Source: Candidatus Peregrinibacteria bacterium (GTDB lineage Bacteria > Patescibacteriota > Gracilibacteria > UBA1369). Taken from it: a stretch of DNA of 64,000 nt. A model generated the notes under the pieces. That model had not been told where the DNA came from, did no database searches, and saw only the letters and a list, made by a program, of their open reading frames with translations. Position 1 is the first letter of the stretch. Each line of letters opens with the position of its first letter. The stretch is from the NCBI GenBank assembly GCA_963708185.1, contig OY970195.1:384001-448000 (forward strand), in the 5' to 3' direction. The translations under genes were made by a program, and so were the position numbers. This document shows, piece by piece, positions 1-9,654 of this stretch.

Positions 1-607
1 TTTGAGATGTTTCAGCAGGACTTCTTCGGCGATGCGCTGAAGTTCTCCGAGTTTTTTTTCAAGGACTTCGATGTTGCTGAAGCCGTTGACTTCGTCATGC
101 TCAATACGGGCAACGTCGATGATGAAAACGCCTCCCTTGAAGTGGGATTTCAGAACACGGGCGTTATTTTGACCAAGGACTTCCTGGATTTTCTGGTGGA
201 GCTCCTCGATGTAGTCGTCGGTCTGATTTGGTCCGAGATAGTAGTCGTTGAGTTCTTTGATCGTCGGAGAGACGAGGCGGTAGGAACCGATGCGTTTGTC
301 TCCGTCGTTGAGATTCCATTCTTTTTCCTTGAGCATCTTGAGAAGGGGAATGAGGGCATCGAGGTTGGAAAGCTCCTGGAGCTTCCCTTTCGAGAAATGC
401 TCTAATGGTTTCCAGAGGAGTGACGTATTCTCCGTTTTCATTTTTTTCATGAAGGTCGATGCTGTAGCGGCGGATGATTCGTTCAATCTTGGCGAAGAGG
501 CGGCGGTGAGCTTCCATTTCAGGAAACGCACTGCGTCGCTCGTTGAGCGGGTCGGCTGTTTGGCCTTCGGGCTCCGGTGGGCGTATTGTCGATTTTAGTT
601 CGCTCAT
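1..607 (-). CDS. Hypothetical protein, truncated by the window edge, 1-nt frameshift at ~379-385; possible degenerate GGDEF/cyclase-like domain
   Basis: ATG at 607 (MSELKSTIRPPE...RAFLER). Removing one base at ~383 continues an open frame ELQELSNLDALIPLLKMLKEKEW...PTIKELNDYYLGPNQTDDYIEELHQKIQEVL...LKHLK to base 1. Confidence 0.6.
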
Positions 608-685
608 TTGTGGCTGTGAATGGTGAGATGTATTTTAAACATATTCAGGTTAATTAGTCAAGTATTTTTGAGCACAAAATTCCTT

Positions 686-713
686 AAAAACCCCGTGGAT
701 TCTACGGGGTTTT
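686..713. terminator. Intrinsic terminator, likely bidirectional
   Basis: aaaaa-ccccgtgga-t-tctacgggg-tttt inverted repeat flanked by A/T runs, just downstream of 752..1504(-). Confidence 0.8.
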
Positions 714-751
714 CTGTTTTCTGCCAACAGGATAATTGTTGTTCGATATAC

Positions 752-1504
752 TTACATACCTTGGTAATCTTGAACGATCTTTTCTTCGTCGGTCTGGACG
801 TCGATGTCCTGGATCTCTTTGGCTTTTTCGTAACGTGCCACCGTCGGATTATAAATACCGTAAAAAAGCTCGATGAGTTCCTTGGTGGTGAGCTCTTCAG
901 CCTTGAGTCCGCAGTTTTCAAGTCCCACCTTCACGGAACTTACGCGCTGAGCAAGTGATTTTTTAAGATTTTCAAATTCGTCATGGCGACGTTTGATGGC
1001 TTCGTAACTGTCTTTTGCATTCATGTTCTGGAAGAATTTCTGGAGGATGTTCAGTTTTTGAGATCTGACCGGGTCGACGGGAACAATGACAAGGAAGTCC
1101 TTTTCCATGATGTCGGCGTACTCCACGAGTTTTGAAATATATTCAACGTATTCGTAGGTTTGTGTCTGGAGGAGAGGGTTGGTCTGTTTTTCGCCGATTT
1201 TGCGGAGTTTGTCCAGGTAGTTGTCGATATCGAGTTTTTTTGATCTGACGACGACCTGAATCGGGAATTCGAGCGTGTTCAAAAATCCTTGATAGGAATA
1301 CACGATGGAGTTTTGTTCGTCTTCCGATTTGAGATTGAAATTGATACTTGAAACTCTGAGGATGGAACGCAGTCCTCCGTTTTTAAGAACAATCGTATCG
1401 TCCCGGATTTCTGAAATGCGCAGATAGGTTTGTGTACTTGTTGCCGGATTTTTTTTGGCCTGACCCTGCCGGGTTGATTCACTGTTTTGGCTTGGATTTG
1501 CCAT
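752..1504 (-). CDS. TraC/VirB4-associated (PrgI-linked) conserved protein
   Basis: 250 aa; STQTYLRISEIRDDTIVLKNGGLRSILRVSSINFNLKSEDEQNSI...FLNTLEFPIQ..RSKKLDI resembles the protein that follows PrgI in CPR genomes. Confidence 0.65.
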   Translation of the reverse strand: MANPSQNSESTRQGQAKKNPATSTQTYLRISEIRDDTIVLKNGGLRSILRVSSINFNLKSEDEQNSIVYSYQGFLNTLEFPIQVVVRSKKLDIDNYLDKLRKIGEKQTNPLLQTQTYEYVEYISKLVEYADIMEKDFLVIVPVDPVRSQKLNILQKFFQNMNAKDSYEAIKRRHDEFENLKKSLAQRVSSVKVGLENCGLKAEELTTKELIELFYGIYNPTVARYEKAKEIQDIDVQTDEEKIVQDYQGM

Positions 1505-1515
1505 AATAGAGAAGG

Positions 1516-1962
1516 TTATTGTTGAGGATTGTTGCTATGAGTGTTGAGAATCTTACTGAGTTCTTCAAGCTTTTTGGCCTTATTGGTCATCTGTTCGGCC
1601 TTTGCTTCGGCCTTTTTTTCAACTTTGGTTTGGGGTTTGCTGCTTGAATAGAGTGAGGTGAGAATTTCTGCACTGGACTGGACCCAGAATCTTTTTTGGG
1701 GAAGAAGGACAAACTCCAGGTAGACGGCCAGAAATCTGGAGAAGTTCATGTCGAGGGGACGCAGAAAGGCAAAAAGCAGGGTAATAATCGCTATAAAAGC
1801 AACCGGAGGCAGCCATGTGATCCACAAATATTCTTTTCCCAGACTTACGTAGATGGCATAGGCAAGACCTCCGCCGGCACCGCAAATGATGAGCTGCCGG
1901 AGGGTTAAAGGTCCGACGATTTTATCTTCACGCTGGACATTTTGTGGTACCTTGAATTGCAT
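1516..1962 (-). CDS. PrgI family protein (VirB3-like T4SS membrane component)
   Basis: MQFKVPQNVQREDKIVGPLTLRQ signature followed by two TM helices. Confidence 0.85.
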   Translation of the reverse strand: MQFKVPQNVQREDKIVGPLTLRQLIICGAGGGLAYAIYVSLGKEYLWITWLPPVAFIAIITLLFAFLRPLDMNFSRFLAVYLEFVLLPQKRFWVQSSAEILTSLYSSSKPQTKVEKKAEAKAEQMTNKAKKLEELSKILNTHSNNPQQ

Positions 1963-2111
1963 GACACTGGGAGTTCGATGGTTATTTATTCTTTTTATTA
2001 TAGCAGAAATTGCGTGAAGCTACAATGTTTGCTAGACTCTCTGCGACTTGCAAAGGAAGACTGAATTTTAAGACGGAAAGTTCCTTGTTGTATAAAAATT
2101 TTGCTCACTAA

Positions 2112-3926
2112 ATGCGCGACAGTTCCAATATCAGAAATTTTTGTATTATTGCCCATATAGATCACGGAAAGTCCACGCTTGCCGATCGTTTTTTGGAGGT
2201 GACGGCAACCTTGAGCAAACGTGAAATGAAACACGGTCAGCTTTTGGATACGATGGACCTTGAACAAGAACGTGGAATTACGATTAAACTTCAGCCGGTC
2301 AGGATGAACTGGAAGCATGAGGGCAAAGATTATATTTTGAACCTTATCGATACTCCAGGCCACGTGGATTTTTCCTATGAAGTTTCGAGAAGTCTGGCAG
2401 CCTGCGAAGGGGCCATTCTCGTGGTCGATGCCACGCAGGGGATTGAGGCCCAGACTTTGGCGAATTGCTATCTGGCCCTTGAACATGACCTTAAACTCGT
2501 TCCTGTCTTGAACAAGATAGATCTTCCCTCTGCAGATATCGAAAGGAGAGCGCAGGAAATCGAAAATACGCTGGGGATCCCCAAGGAGGAGATTATCGCC
2601 ATTTCAGCGAAGGAGGGGACGAATGTGGAAAAGGTTCTTCAGGCCGTGATCGAACGAATTCCTCCGCCTCCTAATACCGACGAAGGTGACGAGACAAAAG
2701 CGCTTATTTTTGATTCGGTATACGATTCATACCGGGGCGTGGTGACGTACGTGAGGCTTATGTCCGGCGAACTGAAGCGTGGAGACAAGATTTTTTTGCT
2801 TCATAACAAAAAGGAGCTTGAAGTGCTCGAAGTCGGTTATTTTAAGCCTAAATATCAGGCCGCCGACAAACTTGTTTCGGGTGAGGTCGGGTATGTGGTT
2901 TCGGGCTTGAAAAACGTCGGTGACGCCCGTGTTGGCGACACTATCTGGAAGCCAGGAACGAAGCCTTTGGACCCCCACGCGGCCAAGCCGCTCGCAGGAT
3001 ATAAAGTCGTGAAGCCCTACGTTTTTGCCAGTATTTTTTGCGTGGACGGCGATGATTTTCCTTTACTCAGAGACGCTTTGCAGAAGCTCCAGTTGAGCGA
3101 TTCGGCGTTGAGTTTCGAACCTGAACAGTCGGGAGCGTTGGGACATGGCTTCCGCTGTGGATTTTTGGGGCTTTTGCATCTGGATATCGTTCAGGAAAGG
3201 TTGGAGCGGGAGTATGACCTCAATTTGATCGTTACGGCACCTTCTGTGTCTTATATTGCAATTTTAAACAGTGGAGAAGAGGTTTTTGTAGCCAATCCGT
3301 CTGATCTTCCCGACCCGGCGAAACTGATAGTTATTAAAGAGCCTTGGGTGAAGGTGGAAATTTTGACGCCCAAAGAGTACGTGGGCACGATCATGCAGAT
3401 GACCTTGGAGAAAAGAGGCTTGAATAAAAGTATTCAATACATTGATGAAAACCGGGTAATTTTACTTTTTGAGGTCCCTTTAGCTTCGATTGTGGTCGAT
3501 TATTATGACTTATTAAAGAGCCTGAGTTCGGGATACGCTTCCATGAATTATGAGTATCTTGAATATCGGGAAGGCAATCTCGTCAAATTGGATATGCTTA
3601 TCGCTGGCGAGAAGGTGGATGCGCTTTCAATGATTGTCCATAGAGATCAGGCCTATTATATAGGTTCAGATATGTGTAAAAAGTTGAAGGAACTTATCCC
3701 AAAGCACCAGTTTGAAGTGGCTATTCAGGCGGCGATTGGGAGCAAAGTCATCGCCCGTGAAAGCATCAGTGCGATGAGAAAAGACGTAACGGCTAAACTG
3801 TACGGAGGTGACAGGACGCGTAAAGACAAGCTTTTGAAGAAACAAAAAGCGGGGAAAAAGCGCATGAAGAAGGTCGGAAAGGTTGATCTTCCACAAGAAG
3901 CCTTCCTGGCCATTTTAAAGAAATAA
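2112..3926 (+). CDS. lepA: Elongation factor 4 (LepA)
   Basis: IRNFCIIAHIDHGKSTLADR, LIDTPGHVDF, C-terminal RKDVTAKLYGGD..RK.KLL.KQK.GKKRMK. Confidence 0.99.
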   Translation: MRDSSNIRNFCIIAHIDHGKSTLADRFLEVTATLSKREMKHGQLLDTMDLEQERGITIKLQPVRMNWKHEGKDYILNLIDTPGHVDFSYEVSRSLAACEGAILVVDATQGIEAQTLANCYLALEHDLKLVPVLNKIDLPSADIERRAQEIENTLGIPKEEIIAISAKEGTNVEKVLQAVIERIPPPPNTDEGDETKALIFDSVYDSYRGVVTYVRLMSGELKRGDKIFLLHNKKELEVLEVGYFKPKYQAADKLVSGEVGYVVSGLKNVGDARVGDTIWKPGTKPLDPHAAKPLAGYKVVKPYVFASIFCVDGDDFPLLRDALQKLQLSDSALSFEPEQSGALGHGFRCGFLGLLHLDIVQERLEREYDLNLIVTAPSVSYIAILNSGEEVFVANPSDLPDPAKLIVIKEPWVKVEILTPKEYVGTIMQMTLEKRGLNKSIQYIDENRVILLFEVPLASIVVDYYDLLKSLSSGYASMNYEYLEYREGNLVKLDMLIAGEKVDALSMIVHRDQAYYIGSDMCKKLKELIPKHQFEVAIQAAIGSKVIARESISAMRKDVTAKLYGGDRTRKDKLLKKQKAGKKRMKKVGKVDLPQEAFLAILKK

Positions 3927-3931
3927 GGGTA

Positions 3932-3960
3932 TTGACCAAATTAAGTAAATATGGTATAAA
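3932..3960 (+). promoter_or_regulatory. sigma70-type promoter
   Basis: TTGACC-17 nt-TATAAA with TG extension (tggTATAAA), directly after the lepA stop. Confidence 0.7.
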
Positions 3961-3962
3961 AT

Positions 3963-4140
3963 ATCTGTGGTTTATCATGAAAATACAACAGTATTTTTTC
4001 TGTGGTAAATCCAATCAGATCTTTGAAAACTTGTGTAAGGACATCTTGAATGGAAGACTGGTGCTTCAAATTAAGCGCTATACTCCCATTCAAGATAAAC
4101 GGCTTTTAGCCACTATTTCGGACATATATGTCCGAGGAGA
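3963..4140 (+). ncRNA. Structured 5' leader or ncRNA candidate
   Basis: Consecutive hairpins at 3963-4020, 4043-4096 (11-bp perfect ATCTTGAATGG/CCATTCAAGAT plus inner stem) and 4118-4135 (perfect 18-nt palindrome). Confidence 0.55.
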
Positions 4141-4150
4141 AAAAGAGAAC

Positions 4151-4297
4151 ATGAGCAAGAACACTGTTTCCGTCGTCGTCGCTTCGAACTCTTTCTTCAG
4201 CAACCTGAGCGAGCTCGACAAGCTGCTCGCTTTGTGGGCCCTGAGCCTCGGCTACATGCCGGTTATCGGCTTGATGCTGATGACCATCGGCAAGTAA
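4151..4297 (+). CDS. Small 48-aa protein with C-terminal hydrophobic helix
   Basis: MSKNTVSVVVASNSFFSNLSELDKLLALWALSLGYMPVIGLMLMTIGK; GAGGAG SD at ~4134-4139; no sense codon ends in A and all Lys are AAG. The ORF track's TTG start at 3932 is the promoter -35 box. Confidence 0.7.
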   Translation: MSKNTVSVVVASNSFFSNLSELDKLLALWALSLGYMPVIGLMLMTIGK

Positions 4298-4308
4298 AGC
4301 GGACCGCA

Positions 4309-4350
4309 GGGCCTCCCCGCCATTCTGTTTTCGGAATGTGCGGGGAGCCC
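4309..4350 (+). other. Strong GC-rich hairpin 3' of the small ORF
   Basis: ctccccgc-cattc...gaatg-t-gcggggag, without an immediate U-tract. Confidence 0.7.
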
Positions 4351-4404
4351 ATGGCCCTTTCTCCTGAATAATCCTTATGCAAGTTTTCTATTCTTTCGAT
4401 CACT

Positions 4405-4427
4405 AAGCGCTGAAAAGCGTTTTTTTT
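4405..4427 (+). terminator. Intrinsic terminator
   Basis: aagcgc-tgaaaa-gcgttt followed by a T run. Confidence 0.55.
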
Positions 4428-4531
4428 GTGTTTCGGTCCTTCGCGTCGACTCAGCTTGGCAATTTTGGCTTTTTTTGGTATACTATAAAGATAAATTTGG
4501 TCTTCACTCCAAAATAAATATCAACACCAAC

Positions 4532-6118
4532 GTGGCGCTGAACCTGAACATCAAGAAAAATCTCACAAGAGTGGCTTTCGGCCTCTACGTTCTGGTGTTG
4601 ATCATCCTTGGAGCACAGCTGTTTTTTGGAGACCAGGTCATGTTCTTTGCCAACTCTTTTACCGGAGCTCCCCAGCCGCACGGTTCTGCGGAAACCCTGA
4701 CAATTGCCTATGCTCTTCCTAGTCAGAGTCTTGATCCGACACTGTTTGATCCGGTTACCCGGAGCAGGCTCGTCAACATTTATGAAGGGTTGGTCCGTAC
4801 TGACCGCAATCTGAGGATTCAACCCGCTATCGCCGTTTCCTGGGGCCTTGTGGATCCTACGACCTGGGAGTTCAAACTCAGGCCGCATGTGAAATTCCAT
4901 AACGGCGTCGAGGTGAAAACCGATGACGTCGTCTCGAGCATCAACTACGCCCTGACGTCAGATAACTCACAGCTTAAAGCTCTCCTCAACAGCATCAGCG
5001 AGGTGAAGGCGGTGGACGCATCAACGATCCGCATCACGACAAAAACACCTGATCCGCTTCTGCTCAACAAGCTTGCTGTGACCTATATTTTCCCAAAGGA
5101 TTATGTGAATTTCGATCAGCCTGTTGGAACGGGGCCTTATCAATTCGTTTCCTGGGACCAGGGACAACAGATGACGCTCAAACGTTTTGAGAATTACTGG
5201 GGCAGCGAATCTTACTACGCCCAGTTGGTACTGAAGACGATCGAAGACAAAGATGCACGTATAGCTGCGCTGAGCAGTGGACTGGTTGATCTTCTTGCGG
5301 ATGTTCCTCCTTCTGCCGGATGTGAATTTACACAGAGCAATAATCCCGGGTGTCCCACTATTCCGAATGTTACGATGAAAACAATCCCGAGTTTGCAAGT
5401 GAACTTCATCATGTTCAATCCGAACCAGGGAATATTCCAGGACAGAACGTTGCGGGAAGCCGCGGCTTATGCGCTTGACCGTCAGCAGTTCGTGGATATC
5501 GCCGGCGGATACGCCCATCCGATTGATCAGTTTGTGAGCAGCGGCGTGTTCGGGTTCAATCCCGACATCAAAGGTTACGATTTTGATATGACGAAAGCTC
5601 ATGCAGATGCGGACCCCGTGGTCGCCCAGTCGTTCGTCCAGCTGACCGTTACCCTTGACTATGCTCAGGGCAACGACGTCATTGCCCAGTACATCCAGCA
5701 GCAGCTTCATGGGCTTGGCATTAACGTCGTTCTCAATCCTTTGAGCGGTAACGATTTTCAGCAAAAGATCCTCAGCGGGTCTTCGGAAATGTATTTCCTA
5801 GGATGGAGGTCTGAACTCGGCGACGCCAATGATTTTCTTCAGAGCGTCGTTCACAGCAGGGATCAGAGCGGTCTCTCCGGAGAGTTTAACGGAACGAACT
5901 ATGCAAACCATTCCGTCGACGACTTGATTGATAAAAGTCAGGAGGATCTGAACATTCAAACCCGTCTGAAAGACATGCAGGACGCGATGAAAATCCTCGT
6001 GGAAGACGACATTGCCGGAGTTCCGTTATTTGAAACACAAACCATTTTTGCCTATAAAAATAAAATTCAGTTCGACCCACGCGTGGATGGCTATATCTAT
6101 GCTTCAGAAATCAAATAA
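4532..6118 (+). CDS. ABC transporter substrate-binding protein, family 5 (OppA/DppA-like), N-terminal TM anchor
   Basis: SLDP, IYEGLV, PAIAVSW, WEFKLRPHVKFHNG, PVGTGPY motifs. Start moved to GTG 4532 because a TTGGCA-17-TATACT promoter overlaps the ORF-track start. Confidence 0.92.
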   Translation: MALNLNIKKNLTRVAFGLYVLVLIILGAQLFFGDQVMFFANSFTGAPQPHGSAETLTIAYALPSQSLDPTLFDPVTRSRLVNIYEGLVRTDRNLRIQPAIAVSWGLVDPTTWEFKLRPHVKFHNGVEVKTDDVVSSINYALTSDNSQLKALLNSISEVKAVDASTIRITTKTPDPLLLNKLAVTYIFPKDYVNFDQPVGTGPYQFVSWDQGQQMTLKRFENYWGSESYYAQLVLKTIEDKDARIAALSSGLVDLLADVPPSAGCEFTQSNNPGCPTIPNVTMKTIPSLQVNFIMFNPNQGIFQDRTLREAAAYALDRQQFVDIAGGYAHPIDQFVSSGVFGFNPDIKGYDFDMTKAHADADPVVAQSFVQLTVTLDYAQGNDVIAQYIQQQLHGLGINVVLNPLSGNDFQQKILSGSSEMYFLGWRSELGDANDFLQSVVHSRDQSGLSGEFNGTNYANHSVDDLIDKSQEDLNIQTRLKDMQDAMKILVEDDIAGVPLFETQTIFAYKNKIQFDPRVDGYIYASEIK

Positions 6119-6123
6119 ACACT

Positions 6124-7701
6124 ATGTTTCACTCGATTAAAACAAAACTCGTCCTTACGATCAGCGCACTCATCATTGTGCTGCTGAGTGCTGCGGCGAT
6201 CGTGCTGGTCGGAGAAAAACAGAAAGAACTGACGAAGGACATCTTTGACCGTGCTCATTCATTTGCAGAACTTACGGCGGAGAACATCGTCGGGGATTAT
6301 AACCTGTACCTCACTCAGAACAGCTTTGTTTATTTTAACCGTAATATCCAGGACACTTTTGCCCGTGACGTTGACGTCGCGTCGATTCAGGTTGTTGGAT
6401 ACGGAGGGAATGTCGTTTACGATTCCGCCACCGAAAAAGATAAACAGTATGAAGGTCCCGATCGCACGATCAAGGATCAGAATCTGCTGGAAGAGGTAAA
6501 ATCACGCAATGCTTCGGTGAAGACTCTCGATACCAATCGCGTGGTGTATTTGAAAAAGAACGCCGACGGAAGCTTCAGCGCCGTGGATTTCAATGAGAAC
6601 CCGGTCAAGGACCTGGCTCCCGACGAAAAGATCATGTATCTCGTCCAGCCGGCCACCAACGATTTTGCCGTAGTATACGGGATTACGTATCAGGCCTTAC
6701 AGGATCGCATCAACCAGACCACGATGCGCATCCTGCTTTTGGCGATCTTCGGCGTCGGCGTCGGCATTCTCATGGCGATTTTGTACGCCGGAACCATCAC
6801 CAAGCCCATTGAAAAATTGAAGGAAGGCGCCGGCATCATCGCGACAGGTAAATTCGATTTCCGCGTCGACATCAAAACGAAGGACGAACTTGAAACTCTT
6901 GCGAATTCGTTCAACAAGATGGCCGCGGACCTGGAAGTCAGTACCAAAGCTCTTGTCTATAAAGAACGCGTGGCAAAGGAACTCGAGCTTGCCGGAAAGA
7001 TCCAGAAACAACTTCTGCCAAAACAGATGCCGAAAGTGCCCGGTCTCGATATCTCGGCGGGACTTTTACCGGCCGAAGAAATCGGTGGTGACTGTTACGA
7101 TTTTATCCCGGTGGCACCCGACAGACTGGTCATGTATATCGGTGACGTGACAGGACACGGTGTTCCGTCGGGTATCGTCGTGTCCATCGCCAACGCGTTG
7201 GCTTATCATCTCGCCGATAAGGAAGATATCTTGAACACGATGATCAGCATGAATAAAGTCATCAAGCAGAAGACCGCTTCAAACATGTTCCTGACCATGG
7301 TCATGATGGACTGGAATTCCACGACGAACCAGCTTCATTTTGTGAATGCCGGTCATGAACAGATGATCCACTACCACGCGGCGGACAAGAAGGTCACACT
7401 CACTCCTCCGGGAGGTCTGGCGCTCGGTATGTTTCCCGATATCGGGAAGTTATTGAAACTTCAGGAGATTCAGATGGAAAAAGGTGACGTCCTGGTGATG
7501 TATTCTGACGGTATTCCGGAATCATGGAAGAATGAGACCGAGATGTACGGCATGGGACGTTTTAAACGCGCGGTTGCCGACTCCAGCGACCTGCCGACGG
7601 CGATCTCCATCCGTAACGCCCTGCTTGCCGACGTCAAAGAGTTCAGCGGGAAGTGGAAACAAATGGATGATATTACCTTGATCGTTCTGAAGAGGACCTA
7701 G
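6124..7701 (+). CDS. Membrane SpoIIE/RsbU-type PP2C phosphatase with extracellular sensor domain and HAMP
   Basis: Two TMs, HAMP (ITKPIEKL...DELETLANSFNKM), ELELAGKIQKQLLP, GGDCYD, GDVTGHG, YSDGI, DDIT. Confidence 0.95.
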   Translation: MFHSIKTKLVLTISALIIVLLSAAAIVLVGEKQKELTKDIFDRAHSFAELTAENIVGDYNLYLTQNSFVYFNRNIQDTFARDVDVASIQVVGYGGNVVYDSATEKDKQYEGPDRTIKDQNLLEEVKSRNASVKTLDTNRVVYLKKNADGSFSAVDFNENPVKDLAPDEKIMYLVQPATNDFAVVYGITYQALQDRINQTTMRILLLAIFGVGVGILMAILYAGTITKPIEKLKEGAGIIATGKFDFRVDIKTKDELETLANSFNKMAADLEVSTKALVYKERVAKELELAGKIQKQLLPKQMPKVPGLDISAGLLPAEEIGGDCYDFIPVAPDRLVMYIGDVTGHGVPSGIVVSIANALAYHLADKEDILNTMISMNKVIKQKTASNMFLTMVMMDWNSTTNQLHFVNAGHEQMIHYHAADKKVTLTPPGGLALGMFPDIGKLLKLQEIQMEKGDVLVMYSDGIPESWKNETEMYGMGRFKRAVADSSDLPTAISIRNALLADVKEFSGKWKQMDDITLIVLKRT

Positions 7702-7702
7702 T

Positions 7703-8953
7703 CTAGGCTTTCACGCCCGGTACCGGAAACTTATTGCAGAGTTCTTTCACTGCGGCGTTGACGTGCGAAAGTTTGGACTCGTCCTGCCAGTTGGCAATGA
7801 CGTCATTGATCCAGGAAGCGATCTGTTTCATCTCGGCTTCTTTCATGCCGCGGGTGGTCACGGCGGGCGTTCCGAGACGGATGCCGCTCGGGTCCATCGG
7901 ACTGCGCGTTTCGAACGGAACGGTGTTTTTGTTGCAGGTGATTCCGGCTTTGTCCAGCGCTTCTTGGGCCTGTTTCCCCGTGACGTTTTTGTTGGTGAGA
8001 TCAACGAGCATAAGATGGTTTTCCGTGCCGTTGGAAACGATCTGGAATCCGAACTTCATGAGGTCGTCAGCCAGGACTTTGGCGTTGGCGAGAATCTGTT
8101 TGGCGTAATCTTTGAATCCAGGTTCAAGCGCCTCCTTGAAGGCAACGGCCTTGGCGGCGATGATGTGGTCGTGGGGTCCTCCCTGCAACCCCGGGAAGAC
8201 GGCGCGGTCGATGGCTTTGGCGAATTTTTCCTTGCACATGATCATGGCGCCGCGGGGGCCGCGGAGCGTTTTGTGGGTCGTCGTGGTCACGACGTCGAAG
8301 TAGGGGACCGGGGAGTCGATGATCCCCGCGGCAATGAGTCCGGCGATGTGGGCGATGTCGGCCATGGTTAAAGCGCCGACCTCATCGGCGATCTCTTTAA
8401 ATTTTTTCCAGTCCAGATTGCGGGAATAGGCGGAAAATCCCGCAACGATCATCTTGGGTTTGTGTTCAAGGGCAAGTTGACGGACCTCATCCATATCGAT
8501 AATACCGGTCTCTTTTTTGACACCGTAGCCGATGAAGTTGTAGGACTTTCCAGAAAAGCTGATGGGCAACCCGTGGGTGATGTGTCCGCCGTGATCGAGT
8601 TTCATGCCGAGGACGGTGTCACCGTAATTCAACAGTGCGAAATAGACCGCCGTGTTGGCCGGGCTTCCAGAGTAAGGCTGGACGTTGATGTGGTCGGCAC
8701 CAAAGAGTTGTTTGGCTCGATCGATGGCCAGGTTTTCCACGACGTCGACGTATTCCTGTCCGCCATAATAACGTTTGCCGGGATAACCTTCCGAATATTT
8801 GTTGGTTAATAGCGACCCCATGGCTTCAAGGACCGGAACCGAAACGTAGTTTTCCGAAGGAATGAGTTCCATTCCGTCGCTCTGGCGTTGTTCCTCATGT
8901 TTAATAGCATCGTAGATCTTTTGATCGTACGACTTTAGGTGGAGCATTTCCAT
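7703..8953 (-). CDS. glyA: Serine hydroxymethyltransferase
   Basis: [35 protein letters not shown]. Confidence 0.99.
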   Translation of the reverse strand: MEMLHLKSYDQKIYDAIKHEEQRQSDGMELIPSENYVSVPVLEAMGSLLTNKYSEGYPGKRYYGGQEYVDVVENLAIDRAKQLFGADHINVQPYSGSPANTAVYFALLNYGDTVLGMKLDHGGHITHGLPISFSGKSYNFIGYGVKKETGIIDMDEVRQLALEHKPKMIVAGFSAYSRNLDWKKFKEIADEVGALTMADIAHIAGLIAAGIIDSPVPYFDVVTTTTHKTLRGPRGAMIMCKEKFAKAIDRAVFPGLQGGPHDHIIAAKAVAFKEALEPGFKDYAKQILANAKVLADDLMKFGFQIVSNGTENHLMLVDLTNKNVTGKQAQEALDKAGITCNKNTVPFETRSPMDPSGIRLGTPAVTTRGMKEAEMKQIASWINDVIANWQDESKLSHVNAAVKELCNKFPVPGVKA

Positions 8954-9003
8954 AGGGTTGAGAGTTAAAAGGCAAAAGATAAAAGCTTTTTGTTCCCGTT
9001 TCG

Positions 9004-9597
9004 TTACGGTTTGAGCCCTTTTCTCCTGACTTTTAAGGTTTTTTGTTCGGTGATGATCATGTCCATGGGAACGTCGTGCGGGTCACCTGAAATATTCTTC
9101 ACTATTTGGAATCCGTATGCAATGCCAATTTTCGGGCAAATGGTTTTTTTGAGGAGTCGGTCGTAAAATCCTTTGCCGTAGCCTATTCTGTGGCCATCCA
9201 AACCGAAGACGACTCCTGGAACCAGTACCAGGTCAAGGCCAGAAGGTTTCACCGTCGGGAGATGTTTTTTCGGTTCGGTAACGTTGAATTTCCCTTTCGA
9301 GGTATGGGTGAGATTTTTTATCAGGTGCAGTTCGAGTGTTTTTCCCTTCACGCGGGGAAGGAAAAAAGTTTTCTTTTTTGAGAATTTTCCGAAAAGTCCT
9401 GTCAGATCCACTTCGCCATGAACGGGAAGGTAGAACAGAACGTTTTTTGCTTTTTTGAAGGCCGCTAGCGACGAGATTTTTTTGATAATTTTTTGATCTT
9501 TGTCCTTTTTTTGGGTAGTATGCTGACTCTTTCGCAGGAAAAGTTTTTCTGAGCGTAACCTTTGTTTCACTTCAGGTGGTGGTGAAGGGGTGAACAC
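9004..9597 (-). CDS. 5-formyltetrahydrofolate cyclo-ligase (YgfA/Fau)
   Basis: [32 protein letters not shown]. Confidence 0.95.
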   Translation of the reverse strand: MFTPSPPPEVKQRLRSEKLFLRKSQHTTQKKDKDQKIIKKISSLAAFKKAKNVLFYLPVHGEVDLTGLFGKFSKKKTFFLPRVKGKTLELHLIKNLTHTSKGKFNVTEPKKHLPTVKPSGLDLVLVPGVVFGLDGHRIGYGKGFYDRLLKKTICPKIGIAYGFQIVKNISGDPHDVPMDMIITEQKTLKVRRKGLKP

Positions 9598-9654
9598 ACT
9601 GATTTAAACATATTTCCGCTTTAAATAATATTATTATTTTAATACATCAAACCT

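Noticed and set aside
9598-9654. 6S RNA upstream of the ygfA-like gene
   Set aside because: Only ~57 AT-rich nt separate it from the divergent htrA, which is too short
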